Shown here: piece after piece, positions 1 to 12,600 of the stretch
Layout of the letters: the number at the start of each line of letters is the position of its first letter
How positions within the stretch are numbered: position 1 is the first letter of the stretch
From: Welwitschia mirabilis
Lineage: Eukaryota
Direction of reading: 5' to 3'
NCBI GenBank assembly: GCA_051453625.1
Contig: JBOZIK010000001.1
Span: forward strand, 41,109,519-41,171,717
Length of the DNA stretch: 62,199 bases
Notes under the pieces: model-generated
Databases searched by the model: none
What the model was told of the DNA's origin: nothing
What the model saw: only the letters and a program-made list of their open reading frames with translations
Made by a program: the position numbers and the translations under genes

Positions 1-1390
1 AATGAAGGTCAAAATTGAAAGTTACTTAGAAATGGACTCATCTGGTTTTACCCATAAAGTTATCGAAATCTCTAAAATTGAAATGATAAAGTGGAAATAC
101 TAAAAGTTTTATTTCTTTTTCCATGATGAGTGGAGTGCAACCACTGTGAGAGGAGTAAGGACCTGTGAAGCATGGCCAACTGACTCCTCAGTGGAGTTTC
201 CACAGCTGCTATATTACACTACCAAAGGCTTCTCTCAGAAATATTTGCCCTGGTGTACTTGCAGTAGGACATCATGGTGGCCATATCTATAAGATACATA
301 ATAGACATATCATGGCCGTTATTTCACTTTTTCTTTTTATCTCCTTTTGTTTTTTTTAATAAAATTCCCACATAATCATACACTTAAGAAAGATGAAGGT
401 GAATAAGTGAGATAAAAGACAGAAAAGAACACTCTGAGATAACCTAATATTTAGATATCATTGAAGAAAACACAAGAAACTAAGACATCTTCCTTTGAGT
501 AAAGTTCATAGACATGGGAATATCTCAAGATTGGGTGAATCTAATCTTATCATATATAGGTCAGGTAATGTGATACCATTTTTTTGTAAATAATATATAC
601 CAAATTACTAATCATGATTCTAGAAATTATGAAAAATTCTAGTTATATGTCTTTATTCATTGGTATTATTCCCTACACTACCACCCTTTTCAAAATACTC
701 ATGCTTAGATTGATTTCTTTCTTTATACTAGTATTGTCAATGGATTTTTTGTCAAGTGGTAGATGCAACATTTCTTTGATATCTTCAGGGGTAATTACTA
801 TTCTCTTATTTTCCATAATTGTTTCTAGTATGTCTTTAGCATCATTAATTTTTAAATTCTTGTAAAATTCATATGTAGATTCTAAGAAAAACCTATCAGT
901 CATAGTGGACCACTCATACCACCTCATCTCAACAATCCTATTTGAATCCTATTAAGTAGGGATCTAAAAGAACTTATACAAAATTCAATGAAGAAATAAT
1001 CTTACATTCTATTAAAGTTTTACTAGTGTTAAAGTTAGGTATGGAAAAATGTTCTTAGAAAATAAATTTTTGTAATAAATAACATTTGAAAAATAGCTTA
1101 CTAAGTAAAACATTTCTTTCTAAAACTATAAAATTTCATTTTTGGAAATTTAAAGGTATTACATTTATTGAATTTACTTAACTCTTTTCTCATGTGAAAT
1201 TGGGATGCTCTTGAATGCTCAAATTAAAGTATTGACAATACCGCAAATTTTTACTTAAAGATATTTTGCAATTGCTTAAGAGACTGAATATAAAAAAGCA
1301 CTTAAACATGATAAGGTAAAATGCAAGGGTGAAAGTAAAATTTACTAACTTATTTCCCACTTAAATAGGTAAAAACTCATACTTACTATT
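1..1390 (-). mobile_element. G1: Athila-like gypsy 3' internal fragment (env-like ORF remnant plus 3' non-coding region)
   Basis: Blocks 121-290 and 485-551 recur downstream of gypsy integrases elsewhere in the window (4030-4180, 28253-28322, 43570-43980 inverted). Contains an env-like ORF remnant. Confidence 0.7.
600..1050 (-). pseudogene. Env-like / 'putative plant transposon protein' ORF, N-terminal part
   Basis: ORF 673-927: MRWYEW...TYEFYKNL...IVITPEDIKEMLHLP fits the GW..L...V.EFY.N...I.I.P..I...L.LP pattern of Athila/SIRE extra ORFs. Confidence 0.65.
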
Positions 1391-1391
1391 A

Positions 1392-2660
1392 TATTAAGTT
1401 TGCACATATAAGGAGTAAATGAGAATTTTTACTAAAAATAAAATAGATGGAACTAGAATTACTTCATACTTTGTTGATGCTAGAAAATAAAATGACACAT
1501 TGGTAAGATAAAGAATAGTGAAATCTACTAAGTTGGAATTGATGTGATGGATGCTGATATGGTTAAAACAATTTGAAACTAACATTGTAGTAGGGATCAT
1601 AGAGAACGAGGAGGGATCATTATGAATTAATTAGTGGAATGCTAAAGGAATATAAAGGCATATTTAAATAGTAATCAATTTTTTAACACTAGGTTTAATG
1701 AGGATCATTGAGAGTACTATTGAATCCATTGTAAAGCTAGTCAAAAGAGTTTGAAGGTGCTTCAAATTCTAACTATTATTATTATGAAAGTAAGTAATAA
1801 TTAAAAAATGAAGTCATAGGATAGAGTTATAATGGAAACTTAAGGGGGGAAGGTCATCAAGAAGAAGACCTTCCCTTTTAGAAGCAAGTTTAAGAAGGAA
1901 ATGTTAAGTTAAAATTTGATTCAAAGCTTTAGCTTTAGAATGGTATCAATTAATTTTTCAAACTTACATGTTAATGACTGGGTTTGAAATCCAACTTAAA
2001 GTTTCAAGTTTAGGTTAGTATCAGTCAACCAAGCGATTTTTTATTTTTCTTATAGGATGAATAAGTAATCGAGTTGGATCAAAGTCCAATTTGAGGTTTT
2101 AACTTTGATTTGGTATTAGTTAATCATGTGATCGTGTTTTCTTATAGGTTTTTAAAGCACAAGAATATAAATGAATTGACATGAGATTTAACTCAAATAT
2201 TTGACTTTGAGTTGGTGTCAACCAAAAAAATTTCAAATTCCCATCATAATGGTTTGATATAAAATCTAATCCAAAGCTTTTCCTTTGGATTAGTATCAAT
2301 TAATTAGGTAATCTTTGTTTTCAAGGCCTTTTTTATGATGATATTTTATTAGAAGGAAAAACATCGATAACTTTGAATTTTTTATTCTCCTCTTGAAATA
2401 AAATAAATAAAAACAAAATTCTTTTCTCTGTTATTAAATGTGGTCTAAAAGTCTTCTTTTGATCAAAAGTATTCACAAAGTTTTTAGTAATTACTTGCTA
2501 AGGCAATTTATGATGATAAAGATTGGTGGGTTTTTATAATGTTATTGAGCTTAGGAAAACTAAGCTAATCATTAATCAATTTGAAGTTTTAACTTTGAAT
2601 TAAAACTTGAGCAGTTTTCGATTCCTCGATTCCTCTCTTACTCCAAGATTGATGTTGACA
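1392..2660 (-). repeat. Probable 3' LTR of G2 (left boundary approximate)
   Basis: Ends ...TTGACA at 2660 and is followed by CTTGGCACACTTAAGCTATTG, which resembles the reverse-complement Athila PPT context at 17357 (TATCCCCCACTTAGCCTTTG). TATA-like TATTTAAATAG near 1661; internal repeats. No partner LTR in the window. Confidence 0.4.
1911..2320. repeat. Degenerate direct repeats, ~40-bp core, 5 copies with variable spacers
   Basis: Core like AAATCYAAYTYAAAGYTTTRACTTTGRRTTRGTATCARTYAAYY at ~1911, 1987, 2081, 2184 and 2261, with a partial copy at ~2573. Confidence 0.7.
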
Positions 2661-2753
2661 CTTGGCACACTTAAGCTATTGGCTGAATAGATATGTAGCT
2701 TTTACATAGTCCTTTACTTCAATATTAAACATGTGTGTACTAGGTAATTTAAT

Positions 2754-3557
2754 ATGAGTTATACTTATCAAACATGATAGTAAGACTTATTCCATAAGTA
2801 TCATTCTTTTCATGTTAATCATCCATCATTCTCCACTTGAGCTTTAAAATTCCTTTACTTAATCATCTTTTCTCAATTAATCCTTATGACTTGCACTTCT
2901 CTTTACTCTCCCATTGCTACCTCTATTGTTAAGAAGGTAAAACATTACTTGTTAAATTTGGGTTACACATAGATAGATATGTGCATTAGTAGTGTAGATT
3001 CTCACTCACCTCAAATTTTTGTAAGATCAAAAAATAAGGTACAACAGTACTTATACTATGATTACAAATTAATTACTGAGATCTTAGATACCTTAGATTC
3101 CTTTATCAATAAGGCTAATAAAGATCATTTTGGAAATGATATCATTCCTCTAGGTTTTGGTCCCATGATTGATTACATGGTAGGTGAGTGTCTGAGGATG
3201 AGAACTGAAGAACTTCATTAATAACTCAATTATGAGAACTTAACCTATGGCGTATCTGTGGATCAGTTAGCTAGAAAGATGTAAGTGATAGAGAAAAGGA
3301 TTAATCAGCTTCAAGGCATAAACCCTATCCTTAGTCTTATTGCATTAAGTTTTAATAAGAAGAAAATAAAGAAGACAATATGAAATACTAAGCCTTATCA
3401 AAACTTTTAACTAGCCCACCCAGAAGAGATTAATATGCTGTTTGAATCTCTAAGTGAGATGCATCTACTGCCATCTAGTAAGAATTTTGTGTGATCATCT
3501 TCCCATATTAGGAATTTTTACAAGAAAAACAAGATTTTTGGGTGCTTCAAAAATTGA
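2754..3557 (+). pseudogene. Possible decayed ORF of unknown family, antisense to the surrounding Athila-like element
   Basis: ATG at 2754 is in frame with ORF 2979-3221, and the frame reads on to 3557 with about 11 in-frame stops, many plausible as CAA/CAG/TGG transitions. No recognised motif. Confidence 0.3.
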
Positions 3558-4499
3558 GTTGTTTGATTTATTTGCTTAGTAACTTGAGTATTATCTTTAC
3601 TTTTATTTTTACAATTGTTCTAATAAACTTTTTTAATTAATAATATTTTTGATTTTTATTTCAAATAAAGTTATCTTATACTATTTTTATTTTATTATGT
3701 ATATATCAATTCCGTTAAAGAGAATTCAAACTAAGCAATTATTAAATTATTAAGATAATGTAAAATGATTTTAAAACTTTAAAGATTTTCCTTATCTCCA
3801 ACAGAATTTAGTAATNNNNNNNNNNNNNNNNNNNNNNNNNNNNNNNNNNNNNNNNNNNNNNNNNNNNNNNNNNNNNNNNNNNNNNNNNNNNNNNNNNNNN
3901 NNNNNNNNNNNNNNNNNNNNNNNNNNNNNNNNNNNNNNNNNNNNNNNNNNNNNNNNNNNNNNNNNNNNNNNNNNNNNNNNNNNNNNNNNNNNNNNNNNNN
4001 NNNNNNNNNNNNNNNNNNNNNNNNNNNNNAATAATGAGGAGAGTACAACCACTATCAGAGGAGTAAGGACCCAGATTATGGCTAACTAATCCTTCAATGA
4101 AGTTCTTATAGATACCATATTGCATTACCAAAGGCCCCTCTTGGGAATATTTACCTAGGTGCCCTAGCGATAGAATACTGTGATGTTCTCTTTCTCTCTT
4201 TCTTTTTTTCTTTTTTTAATATATAGTAGAAGGTAATTTCTCTTATGTTGGAACATGTCTTATTAATCTTTTTAATAAAGATAATGTACAATCCCATATT
4301 AAAGACTTACCAAATTAGCTCCTTAATTTATAATCATTACATTTACCTTAAACAATCTAATGAATTGGTAGTCTAAATAAGATTTAGATAAATGACATGT
4401 CCTTTATTATCTAATATTGAAATTTATTTTTTAAGTAGAGTGGAAGTATTCTTTCCATTCTATTAGGGTTTTTAAAATAGTTTAGCATTAATTTATGAT

Positions 4500-6459
4500 A
4501 ATAGTATATTCTCATCGTTTTACTTGTTAATGTGATAGGTTACTTTTACATTAATATTGTATATTTTTATGGCTTTATTTCCTAGAATTTTTATTATGGT
4601 ATAGGGTCCAGTTAATTCTTTTATATTTCTATTATAAATGAATTTTCTTAAAGTCATATAATAATATAGATTCTTCTACATTAAAATTTATTTTTCTAAT
4701 TCTATTATCATGATATATTTTAGTTTGTAAAAGTTCTTTATGTAAAAAAGATTCTTTTTTTTTTCCTATTTTTATCTAAAATATTCATGTTTTTTTACCA
4801 ATTCTATTTGAATTGTACCTAATTCACATTTTAATTCTTTAGTCAATTTAAATGTCTTTATCCTAAATTCAATTAGTAAAATAACCCTTTTTCCATAGAC
4901 TAATTCATATGGATTAAATCCTATGGTATGTCTTCAAGTTATTCTATAAGACCATAGAGCTTTATTTAATTTATCAATCCAATCTATTTTCTTATTATCT
5001 ATGACTTTAGTTATTATTTTATTTAGTTATCTATTAGTTACTTTATCTTAATTATTAGATTAATAATAATAGGTAGTATAGGGTTTATGGTGGATTCCAA
5101 ATTTGGTCAAACATTTCTTGAATACTTCATTAGTGAAATGAGTTCCTATATTAGATATGAGACTTTGGGAGGCTCCAAACCAATAGATAATTTTTCTAAG
5201 AAAAAAATTAACTATGGTTTGGGAAGAATAATTAGTCATAGACTCATCCTCTTTAGTGAAGTAATCAACATAGACCAAAATATATCTTTTTCCAAAGGAT
5301 GACGGATTGATAAGTCCAATGAAATTCATTCTCTAAACATCAAAAGGTTCAATTATTTAAATCTATTATTGTGACATTTTTATTCTTTGGCTATCAAATC
5401 TTGAATATAAGCATTTGAATATTTGAATATGATGGGCCAGTAGTATCCCATATGAAGAACTTTTATTCTTATTCTTCTTGCATCTTAATGTTCTTCTCCT
5501 TCTCCTTTATGAGCTTTGTTTAAGATCTTATATTGTAGGTTTTCTTCTATACATCTTCTGATAAGATGAGCTTTGAATTTTCTATATAACATCTTATCAT
5601 GAAAAATATAATCTCTATATTTACTTAATAATCATTTCCTTTTATACTAATTTATAAAAGATGATAGTTTTTTGTTAATAAAAAGGTTAACTATATTAGC
5701 ATATCGTGGATTTGTTCTTACTTAAAAAAGATGTTTATCTAAAAACTCATCCCTTATGCTTATTTGTTTTTCATTTGGAAATCCTAAGCTTGATGTGATC
5801 TACTACCACATTCTTTATCCCTTTCTTATAAATACTTTTTAAATTAAACTTCTACATTAATAGTATCCATATCATAATTCTCAAGTTTACTTATTTCTTA
5901 TTTATTAAAAATATAATAGCATTATAGCCAACATGAACTCTCAATTCATAACTAAAAATATAATGCTTAAATTTTTCTAATCTCGTCATCACTGTTAACA
6001 AACCGTTTTCTATTACAGTGTAATTTGTTAAGCTAGTTTAAAGTTTTTAATAATATAAGTAATGGCATAAGGTTTATTATCTTCATATTTTTATCCTAAA
6101 ACTACTCTTATAGCATGACTAGATGCATCAGACATAATGTAAAATGGTCTTGTCAAATTTAGTCTTTGCAAAATAAGTGCTGATAAAAGTTTATCCTTTA
6201 AGGTTTGGTAAGCATTTTAACATTCATTAGTCTAGTCATTTTCCACATCCTTTTATGAAAGATTACTCAAAGATTTATCAATTTTATTGAGGTTGGATAT
6301 GAATATTAGAATATCCAACATATTCTAGGGAAGATCTTAATTCTTTTAGTTTGATTATTGTTAGAATATATTTTATAGATTTAATTTCTTATTCATTAAT
6401 TTTAATCCCTTTTTGAGATATCTTATATCCTAGTACTATGTTTTCTGTCATCATAAGAT
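4500..6459 (-). pseudogene. pol: G2 pol: RT C-terminus, RNase H and integrase (degenerate)
   Basis: RNase H: PFYIMSDASSHAIRVVL. Integrase: GYYWPIIF, MNFIGLINPSSFGKRYILVYVDYFTK, LISNIGTHFTN, TGPYTI. Confidence 0.9.
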
Positions 6460-7745
6460 TGTTAGATTATATTTGCCAATTGATGTCAAACTAATATCCC
6501 TTATGTAGTGAAAATGTTATATCTTTTGTGTAGATGGGATTGAGTTCTTTCAGGTTAAAAGAATTAGACTAAAATATTCACTAGAAGTCTATTGAGTTAA
6601 TTTACCTCTAGTGGGGGTTAATAAGATCTTAAAGGGGTTGATTGCACCTGAAGCTATCAAACGAAAAGAACTACAACTAGAGGGTCTGACTGGATTCTAA
6701 TGGGGTTAACTAAATTTATAACCTAGAAGTAAGTATCCCTGAACTAAATGGAAAGGGATGGACTGGATTTTGATGGGGTCAATCAGATTTGAGAAGCTGA
6801 CAGGCAATAGTTCTAGAACAAGAGGTAAGAGATCGACCAGAACCAGGATGGACCCAAATGGGGTTGACGAGACTTGAAGACATAAAAACCTAGGATGACC
6901 AAATTTCTCTCTTGGATGACTAGAGTAATTCATGGCATCACATGGGATCAACCGGATTTTTGAGGGGTTGACCAGATGGTGTGAAAAGAAAAATTTCTAA
7001 ACATTATGTATCTATTTCCTAGCCATTTTCTAGCCATTTATATCTATTGGAAATATAATTCATTTGTAATAAATACTATTAGTCCTTCATTATAAATAGA
7101 TATGTTATTATTTTCCTAGAGATCTTTTTGGCATCATTCCTATTTGACTATATTACTGTGGATCTGAAAGATCAAGTTGTGATTTCTCATTCATGTATCA
7201 TTGTATTGCTTCACATTTGACTTAAGGAGATTCATCATTAACACAAGCACTTCATTCTTGTTAGATCTAAGAGCTTCATTATTGTGATCTACTAAAGAAG
7301 AACACCATTCATTGTACTGCTACAGAATGTGTGATATTTATGCAATCAAGGAACCACCACATCACTACTTCCTTCCAATAGATTGAGACTTGCCCTATAA
7401 AAGTCCATTGTAAAGGTTGAGACTTAGCCTATAAAAGTCTACTTGTAAGGATTATAGGTGAACCTAAAAAACCTATGGAGTAATAAAGGTCTGAGATTGA
7501 GCTTGAAAGAAGCTAATTGTAGAGAGTGGAGTAGGGGATTTTCCAAACCACTATAAAACTGTTGTGCATCTAAATTAGTAGTTTGTGCATTTTATTTCTT
7601 ATTTTCAAAACTCTATTATTTTATGCATATTCTTGAATTGGTTATTTTCATATACAAGCTGTATTTTAGATAGATTTATTTTTAGTTTTGTGCTAAGTTT
7701 TAAAAGAACCTATTCATATCCTCTTTAGGGTTCCTGCTCCTATCA
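6460..7745 (+). repeat. A 5' LTR
   Basis: TGTTAGATTATATTTGCC...CTCCTATCA; aligns with 13823-15140; TATAAATA at ~7091. Confidence 0.95.
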
Positions 7746-7747
7746 TT

Positions 7748-7760
7748 TGGTATCAGAGCC
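7748..7760 (+). promoter_or_regulatory. PBS (initiator tRNA-Met), first copy
   Basis: TGGTATCAGAGCC, 2 nt after the LTR end. Confidence 0.95.
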
Positions 7761-7902
7761 AGGTTAAGTCATTTTCTTAGATCTTAACTGATTAGACTTA
7801 GAATCCTTCAATGGCCACTTTTCTTGATGAGTTTTTAAGTATGTCCTCCTTAAATACTTATGTCTTTATCTATTTCTGCTAGATATTATATGGTTATATT
7901 AT

Positions 7903-8940
7903 ATGGACCCAAATGGGGTTGACGAGACTTGAAGACATAAAAACCTAGGGCGACCAAATTTCTCTCTTAGATGACTAGAGTAATTCATGGCATCACATGG
8001 GGTCAACCGGATTTTTGAGGGGTCAACCAGATGGTGTGAAAAGAAAAATTTCTAAACATTATGTATCTATTTCCTAGCCATTTATATCTATTAGAGGTAT
8101 AAATCATTTATAATAAATACTATTAGTCCTTAATTATAAATAGATATGTTATTATTGACCTAGAGATCTTTTTGGCATCATTCCTATTTGATTATATTAC
8201 TGTGAATCTGAAAGATTAAGTTGTGATTTCTCATTCGTGTATCATTGTATTGCTTCACATTTGACTTGAGGAGATTCATCATTAATACAAGCACTTCATT
8301 CTTGTTAGATCTAAGAGCTTCATTATTGTGATCTACTAAAGAAGAGCACCATTCATTGTACTGCTATAGAATGTGTGATATTTATGCAATCAAGGAATCA
8401 CCACATCACTACTTCCTTCCAATAGATTGAGACTTGCCCTATAAAAGTCCATTATAAAGGTTAAGACTTAGCCTATAAAAGTCTACTTGTAAGGATTATA
8501 GGTGAACCTAAAAAACCTATGAAGTAACAGAGATCTGAGATCGAGCTTAAAAGAAGCTAATTGTAGAGAGTGGAGTAGGGGATTTCTCAAACCATTATAA
8601 AACTGTTGTACATCTAAATTGGTAGTTTGTGCATTTTATTTCTTGATTTTAAAACTCTGTTATTTTATTCATATTATTTAATTGGTTATTTTCATATACA
8701 AGCTGTATTTTAGATATATTTATTTTTAGTTTTGTGCTAAGTTTTTAAAAGAACCTATTCACCTCCTCTTTAGGGTTCCTGCTCCTATCATTTGGTATCA
8801 GAGTCAAGTTAAGTCATTTTCTTAGATCTTAACCAATTAGACTTAGAACCCTTCAATGGCCACTTTTTTTGATGAGTTTTTAAGTATGTCCTCCTTAAAT
8901 ACTTATGTCTTTTTCTATTTCTGCTAGATATTATATGGTT
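7903..8940 (+). repeat. Tandem duplicate of 6848-7896 (3' part of LTR, PBS and leader)
   Basis: Near-identical from ATGGACCCAAATGGGG to GATATTATATGGTTA. Second LTR end at 8790, second PBS TGGTATCAGAGT from 8793. Confidence 0.95.
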
Positions 8941-9659
8941 AAATTTTTAAGCAGATTACAACAAGTGAAAACTCACAAGAATAGAGTAAAAGAGATAAAA
9001 GAAATGCTCTAGAATAAGATAAAAAAAAAGAGGCTATCTTTTATGGATTTTGTGCCTCCATTATAGAATGTGCTAAACTCTTCAATCTATGATGATGATG
9101 AAATGAAAAATAAAAATCAAGAAGATTTAGAAAAAACTTATTAACATTTGTATCAAAAGTGAAAACTCGCTAAGGATAAATGACTTGAACAAGGTTATAA
9201 AATCCCTTAACAAGAAAAAGGATGATTTGAAATCAAGTTTTAAGAGAGCCAAATCCAAAAATGTCAATCTCACTTTATATGTAAAAGAATTATCTTATTT
9301 CATTAATAAGTTTTTAGGTGGATCTACCAAATTAGAACAAATGCTTGGAGTTCAAAAAAAGATTGGAAGCAAATCAGGTATTGGGTTCATCTATCAGAAA
9401 TATTAAGCCCAAAAAAATCAGGTAACTATTTATAGTAATTATCTTTCAAAGGTTACTTATCATTTCTGTGAAAAAATAGGTAATTTAAAACTTAATTGTA
9501 ATGCTAAAAAACTAATGCTGTTTTCAAATTCAGTTAGTTCTTTCCCATTCAAGTTTATTTCCAAAAAGGATATACCACATAATTCTAAAAGGACTATGTG
9601 GGTAAAAGCTAATAATCTCAAAAGTTTATTGATTTAAACAACTTTCAAAGTCTTAAATA

Positions 9660-12600
9660 GCATAAGCTAGTATCTTGACAGTGGATGTTCGAGACACATG
9701 ACAGGAGATAAATCCAAAGTTAAACATCTATGCTACTTTAATGAAGGAGAAGTGACTTTTGAAGATAATAGAAGAGTAAAAATAGAAGGCATTAGAAGCG
9801 TTAGTGGAGATAACCTTCTTAGAATTAATGAAGTCTTATATGTAAGTGGTTTAAAGCATAATTTAATAAGCATTAGTTAAATTTATGACAAAGGTCACAA
9901 AGTAGTTTTTGAAAAATCAAAATATGAAATTGTTCATAAAAAATCAAACAATATGATTCTTATAGCTAGTAGAATAGATAATGTTTATAGCATAGATTAA
10001 TTATTTTCTCTGTGTTATTTTTTGAATGTTCCTTAAGATGAGTTGTGGCATAAACATTTAGGTTATGTTAATTATGATCAATTGAAAATGACTATTCGCA
10101 AGAATATCATTAGAGGAATTCCTAAGATAAACATATAAAAATAAGGGTTTTTTGATGCATGTTAAAAGGGAAAACAGATTAGGACCTCTTATAAAAGTAA
10201 AAGTCATGCTTCCACATCTGTGCCATTAAAACTCATTCATATAGATTTAAGTGGACCCACTTAAACTTGAAGTCTAGGTGAAAAATTTTATTTTATAACC
10301 ATGGTTGATGATTACTCTAGATATACTTGGATAGCCTTCTTGTTAAACAAATTTAAAGCTTATGAGCATTAGGTTTAAATGTATAAAAAGATTCAAAACA
10401 AAAAGGGTTATACCATAAAGAAAATGAGAAGTGATTATGGTGATAAATTTGAAAATCATTTCTTTGAGAAATATTATATTGAAAATGGTATTGATCATCA
10501 ATTTTTAGCTCTGAAAACATCACAACAAAATGGTATAGCTAAGAGAAAGAATAGAGTTCTTAAAGAAATGGCACAAAATATGTTGAATGACAAGGAAGTA
10601 CCTAAATCCTTTTGGGTTGAAGCAGTTAGAATAGCATGTTATATTATTAATAGAGTTTATCTCAAACCTGGTACTGAAAAAACTCCTTATGAGTTGTAGA
10701 ATGAAAGACAACCAAATATGTCATACTTTAAAGTCTTTGGAAGTAAATGCTATTTCCTAAAAGATAGAAAAAATTTGAATAAGTTTGAATCAAAAGCTAA
10801 TGAAGCTATCTTCTTAAGATACTCAACAAGAAGTAAAGTCTATTGTGTCTTCAATAAAAGAAGCTTAAAAGTAGAAGAGTCAATAAATGTACAAATTGAT
10901 GAGATTAAGTTAAAAGTTAGTGACATAGATAAAAAAAAATCATAACCCCAAGCATTTCCACAACAAATGAAGGTTCTACCAAATCAAATGAAATTCAAGT
11001 AAAAGAAAAAACTCTAAAAAAGCCTAAACTTCTTAAAGATCATCCAATAAAATTTGTCATTGGAGAAGTTAACTCAAAAGTAAAGACAAGAGATTCTATG
11101 AAAAATTTATGTGCTTATGTTTGTTATGTTTTAAAGATAAAACCCAAGAACTTTGAAGAAGCAGAAACTCATAAAGAATGAATGTTAGCTATGCAAGAAG
11201 AGCTATAACAGTTTAAAAGAAATAATGTTTGAAAACTAGTAGAGAGACTAGAAGATAAAAATGTTATTGGTATAAAATGAATCTTTAAAAACAAGTGTGA
11301 TTAAGAAAACAATTTTATCAAAAACAAAGCAAGACTTGTAGATCAAGGCTACAAGCAAATAGAAGGCATTGATGTAGGAGATATTTTTGCTCCTATTACA
11401 AGGTTGGATAGCATTAGAATGTTTTTATCTTTTACATATTCTAAGAACTTCAAATTTTATTAAATGGATGTAAAAAGTACCTTTCTATATTGATCATTAA
11501 GTGAAAAAGTTTATATTAAACAACCTCTAGGTTTTATTGATTTGTATAAATCTGATCATGTGTACAGGCTTAAGAAAGATTTATATGGATTAAAACAAGC
11601 CCCAAGAGCATGATATGAAAAGTTAGCTACCTTTTTAAATGAAAATAGATATGATCGAGAAATGGTAGATAAAAATGTATTTGTGAAGAAATCAAAAAAT
11701 GATTTCCTTATTATATAGATTTATGTAGATGATATTATTTTTGGTGCTTCAAATGAAAAGTTATCAAAAGAATTTGCAAANNNNNNNNNNNNNNNNNNNN
11801 NNNNNNNNNNNNNNNNNNNNNNNNNNNNNNNNNNNNNNNNNNNNNNNNNNNNNNNNNNNNNNNNNNNNNNNNNNNNNNNNCAAATGAAAAGTTATCAAAG
11901 CAATTTACAAACATTATGATCAATCACTTTGAAATGAGTATGCTTGGTGATGTTAAAATGTTTCTTGGACTTTAGATTAAGCAATTTAAAGGTGGAATAT
12001 TTATCTATGAATTCAAATATAGAATAGATTGGATCAAATGATTTGATTTAGAGAATGCAAAGATGGTTGACACTCTTATGTCTACATCATGTAAAATAAG
12101 CTTAGATGAAAATGGTANNNNNNNNNNNNNNNNNNNNNNNNNNNNNNNNNNNNNNNNNNNNNNNNNNNNNNNNNNNNNNNNNNNNNNNNNNNNNNNNNNN
12201 NNNNNNNNNNNNNNNNNATTTAGATAATTCAAAGATGTTTGAAACTCTTATGTCTAAATCATCTAAAATAAGCTTAGATGAAAATGGTAAATTAGTAGAT
12301 TAAAAACTTTATAGAAGTATGATTGGTAGTTTATTATACTTAACTACAAGTAGACCAGATATCATGTTCAGCATTGGAGTATATGCAAGAAATTAATCTA
12401 ATCCAAAAGAATCATACTTTTAAGCAGTAAAAAGGATATACTTAGGTATATAAAGGTACATGTGATTATGATTTATGGTATTCCAATGAAATATCTTTTG
12501 ATAATACAGGTTTTAGTGATGCATATTAGGCTAGATGCAAAGATGATAGAAAAAGCACAAGTGGAAATTGGTTCCTTCTAGGTTCATTTCTAGTTGAATG

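Noticed and set aside
160..215. Hammerhead-like (CTGAGGA on -) or HDV-like (GCATGG...CTCCTC on +) ribozyme
   Set aside because: No GAAA after a stem II for a hammerhead and no GG for HDV P1.1. The core bases are not conserved in the other three copies.
1911..2320. CRISPR array
   Set aside because: Repeats are highly degenerate, spacers are related to each other, there are no cas genes, and the context is eukaryotic retroelement DNA.
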